Assembly: GCA_050187915.1 (NCBI GenBank)
Contig: JBFXLI010000007.1
Location: 1-45,809 of the forward strand
From: Candidatus Woesearchaeota archaeon
Lineage (GTDB): Archaea; Nanobdellota; Nanobdellia; Woesearchaeales; SKGA01
Length of the DNA: 45,809 nt
Reading direction: 5' to 3'
Notes under the pieces: generated by a model
What the model saw: the letters and a program-made list of their open reading frames with translations, nothing else
Told to the model about the DNA's origin: nothing
Databases searched by the model: none
Part shown: positions 1 to 6,952 of the stretch, in pieces
Layout: each line of letters begins with the position of its first letter
Numbering within the stretch: position 1 is the stretch's first letter
Program-made: the position numbers and the translations under genes

Positions 1-2888
1 CCATCATAAATTTGATTTGTATTTTCATCGTATAAAACTAAATCTGCTTTTTCTTCAAAAGGTAAATCACTTACAACTTCTTTACAAACTGGAGAATTAA
101 TGCAAACTTCTGCTTCTTCGCAAGAATAAATTCTAATACCACTTATATCCTTATTTGTTTTTGATTTGAAAACACAAGATGGTTCTTCATCACAAATTTG
201 TGTTGGTGTTGGTGAAGGTATGTTTATTGGTGATAAATCAACAATTAATTTGCTACATGTGTCAACATCATAACATCCTAAATTAGGATCTTGTTGTTGT
301 AATACTTCTGCTAAATCTTCTCCCTCCATACCTGAAGGAACGTCTGTTACAACTTTTGCAGTTTTTTCTAAACTAGGACAACTGTCGGATAATACACATT
401 GTCCACCAATAACTTTGTAATAATCTGCTGGACAACAAACAGGTGTTGTTAAAATATTTCCATAACAATCCGTTGTGATTAAAGATTCGTTTCCATCGTC
501 GCCACAACATTCCATTTCTCCTAGTTCGTTGTATTCTCCAACTGGGAACTCTGCACTGTTTGTTGTTCCTAAATCGTGATATGTTTGTATGTTTTCAATT
601 CCACCTGGAGCCCAAGTGTGAGAACCTTTTTCACAAGCAGTTTGAGTTGAATCTAAATCAACCCATTTACCATCATCACAAACATGAGTTATTATTTTAT
701 CTCCATAATAATCCCAAGGATAATCTTCATTAGCACAAGAACCACTTCCAAATATTTCCATAACACAATCATTCTGATTAGGACAACAAGAATTTATACT
801 TGTATCATCAATTCTTAAAGGTTCGTCATTTGAATCATAAGTTAATGGATTTCCAGTATATCCTGTTTTTTGATAATTTGGAAATAAATTTGAAGCACAA
901 TCATTTACACAATAACCATTAGTACAAAATGTTGGACAAATTTTAGATTCATAACTAATCTCATTAATAATACAACTATATTCTCTTAAATTTTTACTAT
1001 CTAAACAATAATCAGTAAAAGCAGTACCAGGTGGTATTGGTGGAAAAGGTCTTAAATTTCTAATACCTGAAAGTTGTCCTTTAACATAGATACTATCACC
1101 ATCACTATCTGTACAAGTATTATTAAATTGACAAGCAACACAACCATAAGTATCTGGATCACATTCTTCTACTGGAGGAGTTAAACCTCCTGTAAAAATT
1201 TCTCCATCGCCACAATAATTATCTATATAACCAGAACAATCGTAGTTACAAACTTGGTTTAAACTCCAAACTTGGTTTTCATCAGCATTATTAATTCCGG
1301 AATCACAATTTTCTTCATAATGAAACCAATCTGAAATATTCAAATACCAAAAATTTTGGGTGTAGTTATCTCCACAGCGTGCAAATTTACATTCAGTAGT
1401 ACATCTATTTGTGTTATCTAAATCTCCATCATCACATTCTTCTCCTTCATCTTTAATTCCATTTCCACAAGTTGGGTTATAATAATATTCACATTTTCTT
1501 AAAGTACATGAAGTTGATGAAGTTCCAGCATTATTCCATGCTAATGATGAAGTTAAACTAATATTGTCATTTTCACACATCATAGCGCCATCAGGTATTG
1601 TTGCTGTACATTCAAACTTACAAGTTGCAGAACAACCATCACCACTATTTTTATTAGAGTCATCACATTGTTCATATGTACTATCTATTTTTCCATCGCC
1701 ACAATATGAAGTTTCTCCTGCAATCTTAGTACAACCAGAATTACAAACTTCACAACTAGTTAAGCCATAAGCACATTTTTCAGTTATTGTATTTCCATCA
1801 TCACATTGTTCTACATAATTATCTAAACAAGCTCCATCAGCAGAACAACTATCACATTTCATTTTCATATTGTACCATGTTTCTGCAGTTAATTTTGGAG
1901 AGACACTATTATCTTCAGCTATTTCTCCTTCCCAAACACTTCCTCCTGGACAACCAGAACCTCTACATGCACACCAATATCTCCATCCATTAATGCAATC
2001 TGAACTATAGTCACATAAACTTGAAGATGCTCCTGCTTGACTTACAACTATAGCTCCATATTTGTATATATTTCTTGTTCCATCGCCACAATATGAACAG
2101 TTATTGTCATTACAATAATCACAAGGCAAAGCAATTTGTGCAGGATTCCAAACTTGAAGCGTTGTTTTATCAGGACAACCTAAATAATAATACTCGCACT
2201 TTCTTGAAGTACAACTTGTAGATGAACTTCCGACATACTCCCAAGTTAAATTAGTTGTTAAATAAATATCATCATTTAAACACTTTGTAGCACCATTAGG
2301 TAAAGTTCCTAAACAAAAATTTTGTGTGCAATCTTTTGGACATGTTTCATAAGTTTCACCATTATCACATTCTCCATTTCCACAACAAGAAATACAAGAT
2401 GCATAAGTTCCTTTAGCTGTTCCTCCACCACCAGTGGATTCTTCACAACCACAAGGACAATACGTTGAAGAACCAGGAACAATATTTTTATTATAACAAG
2501 TTAATTTAGTATTGCCATTACAATAAGAACCATCATATTCGTTTGCACAAAAATTTGCAGGACCTTGACATTGATAAACTGGAGTTGCATCATCAACACA
2601 TGTACAACCTAAAGTATTTTCACAAGTTCCACAATCATCAGAGAAAAATAATTGTCCTTCTAAATCGCACCAATTATAAGGTCCTCCATCGTAAGTACAT
2701 TTTTGAGAAGGTACCATTTCACATGAACAATCTTCAATATAATTACAAGCCTTTCCACAATTATATGAAGATGTAAAAACTGAAGTAACAACATCTTCAC
2801 ATTCAACACTTGTTCCTGCGTTTGAAAAATTAATATTTAATGTCATTAAAACAAGAATTATCAAAATTAAAAATAACTTTTTATTCAT
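1..2888 (-). CDS. Large secreted cysteine-rich repeat protein. The N-terminal ~962 aa lie in the window and the C-terminus runs off the window start.
   Basis: It is absent from the ORF track because it stays open to the window edge. The reverse-strand ATG is at 2888-2886, with GGTGAG about 6 nt upstream. The N-terminus MNKKLFLILIILVLMTLNINFSNA looks like a signal peptide. The frame was checked at 1797-1799 and at 3-59 and stays open. It carries repeated units such as CGDGKIDSTYEQCDDSN..GDGC and YCGDG..E.CDDGN, as in DUF4215 / Myxococcus-type cysteine-rich repeats, and Cys density is very high throughout. Confidence 0.8.
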   Translation of the reverse strand, partial: MNKKLFLILIILVLMTLNINFSNAGTSVECEDVVTSVFTSSYNCGKACNYIEDCSCEMVPSQKCTYDGGPYNWCDLEGQLFFSDDCGTCENTLGCTCVDDATPVYQCQGPANFCANEYDGSYCNGNTKLTCYNKNIVPGSSTYCPCGCEESTGGGGTAKGTYASCISCCGNGECDNGETYETCPKDCTQNFCLGTLPNGATKCLNDDIYLTTNLTWEYVGSSSTSCTSRKCEYYYLGCPDKTTLQVWNPAQIALPCDYCNDNNCSYCGDGTRNIYKYGAIVVSQAGASSSLCDYSSDCINGWRYWCACRGSGCPGGSVWEGEIAEDNSVSPKLTAETWYNMKMKCDSCSADGACLDNYVEQCDDGNTITEKCAYGLTSCEVCNSGCTKIAGETSYCGDGKIDSTYEQCDDSNKNSGDGCSATCKFECTATIPDGAMMCENDNISLTSSLAWNNAGTSSTSCTLRKCEYYYNPTCGNGIKDEGEECDDGDLDNTNRCTTECKFARCGDNYTQNFWYLNISDWFHYEENCDSGINNADENQVWSLNQVCNYDCSGYIDNYCGDGEIFTGGLTPPVEECDPDTYGCVACQFNNTCTDSDGDSIYVKGQLSGIRNLRPFPPIPPGTAFTDYCLDSKNLREYSCIINEISYESKICPTFCTNGYCVNDCASNLFPNYQKTGYTGNPLTYDSNDEPLRIDDTSINSCCPNQNDCVMEIFGSGSCANEDYPWDYYGDKIITHVCDDGKWVDLDSTQTACEKGSHTWAPGGIENIQTYHDLGTTNSAEFPVGEYNELGEMECCGDDGNESLITTDCYGNILTTPVCCPADYYKVIGGQCVLSDSCPSLEKTAKVVTDVPSGMEGEDLAEVLQQQDPNLGCYDVDTCSKLIVDLSPINIPSPTPTQICDEEPSCVFKSKTNKDISGIRIYSCEEAEVCINSPVCKEVVSDLPFEEKADLVLYDENTNQIYD

Positions 2889-2949
2889 GAATACTCACCA
2901 ACCCTTAACATAGTCAAACTTAGAATTAGTTTATTTATAAATGTTATTG

Positions 2950-3375
2950 TTACAAAAATTTAATTAAATCCTTTGTAGAATATACTCTTATTGATTTTAC
3001 ACCATCAAAATCTTTATCGTTAGTCCAAATTCCATCATAATTTCCAGATAAAGCTAACGCTAAAAAAGGTAAATCATTTTCATCATTGATTTCTAATTTG
3101 GCTTTATTCAAATAATTAAAATAAACTGAAATATCTATTACAGTTATATTGTCAAATAGAATAGATATTACTTCATTAAATTCTAGTTCAGTTAAATTAC
3201 TTTTTTTAAGTATTAAATTTTTGTGTTTATATATTTCAAATTTTACAAAATCAGGTGAATAAAAATTAAAGTTGTTATTTAAAATTATTTTTCTAGAAAT
3301 GCTATTTTTAATTAAAGCTGAAATTATTTCATTTGTGTCTATTATCAACCTCATATGTTTTGTGCCTCTTTGCAA
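2950..3375 (-). CDS. PIN-domain protein (VapC-like toxin)
   Basis: MRLIIDTNEIISALIKNS is a typical PIN N-terminus with the acidic Asp, and TNDKDF lies near the C-terminus. The likely true start is the internal Met at 3354. It is a paralog of 43151..43567. Confidence 0.7.
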   Translation of the reverse strand: MQRGTKHMRLIIDTNEIISALIKNSISRKIILNNNFNFYSPDFVKFEIYKHKNLILKKSNLTELEFNEVISILFDNITVIDISVYFNYLNKAKLEINDENDLPFLALALSGNYDGIWTNDKDFDGVKSIRVYSTKDLIKFL

Positions 3376-3574
3376 CTTCTTTTTTTATTAAATCACCAAT
3401 TTCTTTTGAATCTAATTCACTTAATGTACTTTTAAATAATATTTTATCCATTAATTCTAATTTTTTTGCTTGTTCCCACAAAGCTTTTCTTGCAATTTCA
3501 CTCCATTTAATTTCATTGTGTTTTTTTATTATAGAGTGTAAATCTTCAGGTATTGCCAAAGTCATATTTGTCAT
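3329..3574 (-). CDS. Small antitoxin-like protein paired with the PIN gene
   Basis: It is 81 aa and contains MTLAIPEDLHSIIKKH..IKWSEIARKALWEQAKKLE. It lies immediately upstream of the PIN gene and overlaps it. It is a paralog of 43564..43788 (ITLSISEEMKQEMDKFQDINWSAVAREAIKQKL). Confidence 0.6.
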   Translation of the reverse strand: MTNMTLAIPEDLHSIIKKHNEIKWSEIARKALWEQAKKLELMDKILFKSTLSELDSKEIGDLIKKEVAKRHKTYEVDNRHK

Positions 3575-3690
3575 TTTATATCACATAAGTAAAATATGTG
3601 TACTTACTTATATACTTTTGCATTTGAAAACTAAAAATAAGTTAATTTAAGTTCTATTTATATTTGCTTGAGAAAAATTCGGAAATAATT

Positions 3691-3825
3691 TAGAAAACAT
3701 TAATAAAAATAAAAAAATCTACTTCATTCGTCTATTGGCATATGACTACGCCAGCGACTAAAGCTACGCTTAAGTCACTAAACAATCTAGAAAACATAAT
3801 AAAAATAAAAAAATTTACTTCATTC
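3691..3825. repeat. Direct duplication of the rpl40e 3' end plus its downstream sequence (3691-3729 and 3788-3825) around a 58-nt GC-rich insert
   Basis: Copy 1 is tagaaaacattaataaaaataaaaaaatctacttcattc and copy 2 is tagaaaacataataaaaataaaaaaatttacttcattc, differing by 1 indel and 1 mismatch. The insert at 3730-3787 is gtctattggcatatgactacgccagcgactaaagctacgcttaagtcactaaacaatc. Confidence 0.85.
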
Positions 3826-3976
3826 TTACAACTCTTAAAGCTCTTGAAGCGCATTTTCTACAAGATATTTTACCTTGTAAAACCTTCATTTGTGGAGCTC
3901 TAATTCTTGATTTACATTTTTTACATATGAAGATATTTTTGAATAATCTTGCATTTGCTTCTGGAAATTTTGCCAT
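3815..3976 (-). CDS. rpl40e: 50S ribosomal protein L40e
   Basis: This 53-aa ORF is below the track cutoff. Its sequence is MAKFPEANARLFKNIFICKKCKSRIRAPQMKVLQGKISCRKCASRALRVVRMK, with the CxxC...CxxC zinc ribbon typical of L40e. AGGTG lies 7 nt upstream of the ATG, and the gene starts 10 nt downstream of aIF5A on the same strand. Confidence 0.8.
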   Translation of the reverse strand: MAKFPEANARLFKNIFICKKCKSRIRAPQMKVLQGKISCRKCASRALRVVRMK

Positions 3977-3986
3977 ATTTTTTCAC

Positions 3987-4385
3987 CTAATCGTTTTTTA
4001 TTGACTTCATTACTTTGTCGTCTAATATTGTCCAATATACAATAGTCATTCCTTCTGAAAGTTGTCCTTTTAATTCGTCTGGAATTGCTAAATCGAATGT
4101 TTCAAATGTTTCTGAATCCATTACATTTGCATGATCTGGAGTTAATGATAATACTTGTGCGTTTCTTTTTCCTATAACTGGAGTTGGAACCATGTCGTGC
4201 CCTGGCATAACCATGTTTCTTTTTCTTCCGTCTATCATTCCTACTGCCATGAAGTTTACTTTTGCATGTCCATGTTTTCCTGGTCTTGAAACGCTTAAAT
4301 CTGTAACTACTGATGCTACACCGTCAACTACAACGTTGCTTCCTTTTTTTAATGATCCTACGCTTACTAATTTAGTTTCACCCAT
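3987..4385 (-). CDS. eif5a: Translation initiation factor 5A (aIF5A)
   Basis: It contains the hypusine-site motif SRPGKHGHAKV and has the typical ~130 aa length. Confidence 0.92.
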   Translation of the reverse strand: MGETKLVSVGSLKKGSNVVVDGVASVVTDLSVSRPGKHGHAKVNFMAVGMIDGRKRNMVMPGHDMVPTPVIGKRNAQVLSLTPDHANVMDSETFETFDLAIPDELKGQLSEGMTIVYWTILDDKVMKSIKND

Positions 4386-4521
4386 AATTATTCACCTAAT
4401 ACATAATAATTGAGACTATTATTTAATATTCTAAGGATTAATAGTTAATTTATAAAGGTTTTGTCGTAAAAAATGTCTAGAACCATAAGTATTTATAAAT
4501 AAATTCGAAATTTAAACAAAC

Positions 4522-5247
4522 ATGAGCAAATTTTCAGATTTAAAAAAGGATTTAATGAAGGAAACTAAAATTAAGGTTAAAGAAGCTGTTAGTTTTGATT
4601 TAATGATAATTCAAGCTATGAATACAGTGGATGAATTAACTAAAGTTTTGAATTCTTTAACAAAAAGACTTAGAGAGTGGCATGCTTATTCTTTGCCTGA
4701 AATGGAATTTTCAATGGAAGATAATGAAGTTTATTGTAAATTAATTTCTACAAAATCTTATGAAGAATTAAAAGAAGAATTTGGAAAAGATACTATGGGT
4801 AATATTTTAGATGAAAAAGATGTTGCTATGCAAATTGAAACTGCTAAAAATATAACTCAACTTTTTAAATTGAAGGAAGATTTATTAACTTATATAGAAA
4901 ATATTATGAAAATTAATATGCCTAATTTTCAAATTCTTGCTGGAACTAATATTGGTGCTAGAATGCTTGTTAGTGCTGGAAGTTTGAAAAAGCTTGCTAT
5001 GATGCCTGCTTCTACTATTCAAATGCTTGGTGCTGAAAAAGCTTTATTTAGACATTTAAAATCTGGTGCTAGATGTCCTAAACATGGTTTTATTATTAAT
5101 CATAATTTAGTTGCTGGGAATAAAGAAAAAGGTAAAGTTTCTAGAATTTTGGCTGATAAACTTGCTCAATGTGCTAAGATTGATTTCTTCAAAGGAGAAG
5201 TTGTTGCGAATAAAATGAAAGAAGATTTGGAGACTAAATTTAAATGA
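4522..5247 (+). CDS. Nop5 (Nop56/58) C/D box snoRNP protein, short form without the N-terminal domain
   Basis: It contains the Nop-domain motifs LREWHAYSLPEM, GARMLVSAGSLKKLAMMPASTIQMLGAEKALFRHL and CPKHGFI. At 241 aa it begins at the coiled-coil region. Confidence 0.85.
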   Translation: MSKFSDLKKDLMKETKIKVKEAVSFDLMIIQAMNTVDELTKVLNSLTKRLREWHAYSLPEMEFSMEDNEVYCKLISTKSYEELKEEFGKDTMGNILDEKDVAMQIETAKNITQLFKLKEDLLTYIENIMKINMPNFQILAGTNIGARMLVSAGSLKKLAMMPASTIQMLGAEKALFRHLKSGARCPKHGFIINHNLVAGNKEKGKVSRILADKLAQCAKIDFFKGEVVANKMKEDLETKFK

Positions 5248-5672
5248 AAACTTCTAAGATTAAAAAAAAATTTAAGAATTTATTTGAAAAAATAAAAGGA
5301 GTATTATTTTTAATTAGAATTATTTTTATTTCGGTTGTTGCTATAGGACTTTATACTACTTACAAATATGTTGATTCTAAATATATATTTTTTACTAGTT
5401 TAATTGCAGTTCATGTTTTTGTTTTTGTTCTTACTTATTTATTGAAAGAAGGATTTTTAAAAAATAAAAAAAAGAATTTTATAAAAAATTATTTAGAAAA
5501 TACATCTGTTGTTGCTATAACAGGTGGTATATTTCATTGTATTAATTTTATTGTTACTTTTTTTATAGTTTATTTAGACAAAAGTATTTATTTATATGAG
5601 GGTTTAGTATTGACTGGAATTATTTTAAGTTCAATACTTTTACAAAAAATTAGTTTTTTTAAAATAATTTAA
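5244..5672 (+). CDS. Hypothetical polytopic membrane protein inserted between nop5 and the fibrillarin gene
   Basis: Its ATG overlaps the nop5 stop (ATGA). There are about 4 hydrophobic segments and no recognisable domain. Confidence 0.5.
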   Translation: MKTSKIKKKFKNLFEKIKGVLFLIRIIFISVVAIGLYTTYKYVDSKYIFFTSLIAVHVFVFVLTYLLKEGFLKNKKKNFIKNYLENTSVVAITGGIFHCINFIVTFFIVYLDKSIYLYEGLVLTGIILSSILLQKISFFKII

Positions 5673-5683
5673 GGAATGAGAAA

Positions 5684-6517
5684 ATGGAAGAATTAAGAAA
5701 ATTTCCAAATTTGTTTATGGAAAGAAAGGGAAAGAAGACTAGTTATTTTATTAAAACTAAATTAAATAAAGCTTTTTTTGAAGAAAAGATTATCAAACTT
5801 AATGGTGATTATTATAAGGAAGTTGATCCTGAAAGAAGTAAGTTGTTTGCGTCTATTGCAAAAGATATTTCTCAGCTTGGAATTAAAACCAACAGTACAA
5901 TTTTATATTTAGGTGCAAGTCATGGTTATACTGTGAGTTTTTTATCTGATATGGTTGAAGATGGTGAAATTTATGCTTTGGATTTTGCACCACGAGTTGT
6001 AAGAGATTTGGTTTTTTTATGTGAAGTTAAAGAAAATATTGCTCCTATAATGGACGATGCTTTTCATCCAGAAAGATATGTTGATTTTGTTCCTAAGGTA
6101 GATATTGTTTTTATGGATATTGCTCAAAAAAATCAAGTTGAAATTTTTGTTAAGAATTGTGATATTTTTTTAAAAGAAGGTGGTTTTGGTTTATTGGCTT
6201 TGAAGGCTAGAAGTGTTGATGTTACAAAATCTCCTAGAGAAATATTTAAGCTTACAAGAGCTCAGCTTGAGAGCGTTATGACTGTTGTTGATTATAGAGA
6301 ACTTGAACCTTTTGAAAAAGATCATGCATTTTTTGTTTGTAAAAGAAAAGATGATAAAAAAATTGATTTAGAAAAAATAAAAAATGTTAAAGTTGTTGAA
6401 ACTAAGTCGGATACTTTTCAAAGAAGAGATAATAATTTTAGAAATGAAAAAGGAAAAAATAATTTCCAAAAGAAAAATTATAGTGGAAATTCTAGAAGTT
6501 TTTCAAGAAGAAGATAA
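5684..6517 (+). CDS. flpA: Fibrillarin (rRNA/tRNA 2'-O-methyltransferase) with a basic C-terminal tail
   Basis: It contains the SAM-methyltransferase motifs ILYLGASHGYTVSFLSD and FMDIAQ, and it sits next to nop5. A ~50 aa K/R/N-rich tail ends in ...NYSGNSRSFSRRR. Confidence 0.9.
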   Translation: MEELRKFPNLFMERKGKKTSYFIKTKLNKAFFEEKIIKLNGDYYKEVDPERSKLFASIAKDISQLGIKTNSTILYLGASHGYTVSFLSDMVEDGEIYALDFAPRVVRDLVFLCEVKENIAPIMDDAFHPERYVDFVPKVDIVFMDIAQKNQVEIFVKNCDIFLKEGGFGLLALKARSVDVTKSPREIFKLTRAQLESVMTVVDYRELEPFEKDHAFFVCKRKDDKKIDLEKIKNVKVVETKSDTFQRRDNNFRNEKGKNNFQKKNYSGNSRSFSRRR

Positions 6518-6519
6518 AA

Positions 6520-6745
6520 TTATTTATCTACCCATTGAACGCCTTCAAATTTGTGTTTAGTTGCAATTAATATTACATCTATTAACCACCAAATCCAAGC
6601 AGCAAATCCTAAAGTGAGTACAGATATTAATAATTTTAATATTCCTGTTCCTACTTTTCCCATTATAAATCTATCAACACCTAGTGCTCCAAAAAAAAAT
6701 GGACATCACAAGTGTTAAAACCCAATTAACTTTTCTATCTGCCAT
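6520..6745 (-). pseudogene. TM2-domain membrane protein gene with a 1-nt frameshift in an A9 (T9 on the coding strand) run
   Basis: The ATG is at 6745 and the ORF starts MADRKVNWVLTLVMSIFF. A frame change occurs at 6691-6699. The other frame continues GALGVDRFIMGKVGTGILKLLISVLTLGFAAWIWWLIDVILIATKHKFEGVQWVDK to the stop at 6520-6522. The span is 226 nt, which is 3n+1. Confidence 0.75.
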
Positions 6746-6795
6746 AATATCAGTTATTTAATTAATTTAATAATTTATATATGTTTTTATTTCAT

Positions 6796-6950
6796 TGAGT
6801 TTGTCCCAAGTCTCAATTATTTATTAAAATTCTACGAAAAATCACTGAACGCAGTCAGATTTTACGAAATTTACACTGCATGAATCGTGCAAATTTCTGA
6901 TAATATTTCAAGGTAGAAATTTTAATATTTCGACTCTTGGGACAAACCCA
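6796..6950. mobile_element. MITE-like element: 155 bp, ~19-bp imperfect terminal inverted repeats, flanked by a TTTCAT direct repeat
   Basis: The left TIR is tgagtttgtcccaagtctc. The reverse complement of the right end is tgggtttgtcccaagagtc, matching 16/19. The hexamer tttcat occurs at 6790-6795 and 6951-6956. There are nested internal inverted repeats: tattaaaattctac / gtagaaattttaata, and gaaatttacac / gtgcaaatttc. Confidence 0.6.
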
Positions 6951-6952
6951 TT

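Noticed and set aside
1564-2776. Plus-strand ORFs 1564..1770, 1787..1993 and 2543..2776 from the track
   Set aside because: They lie antisense to the long open reverse-strand frame of the Cys-rich protein. They have low-complexity, His/Leu/Asn-rich translations and no start context, so they are shadow ORFs.
6691-6699. Programmed ribosomal frameshift in the TM2 gene
   Set aside because: There is no slippery heptamer or downstream structure context beyond the homopolymer. A homopolymer length error or mutation is the simpler explanation.
6796-6950. The MITE-like element interpreted as a C/D or H/ACA sRNA
   Set aside because: CTGA strings are present but there is no RUGAUGA C box. The only ACA near the 3' end lies inside the terminal stem rather than in a single-stranded tail. 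The TIR plus target-duplication structure explains it better.
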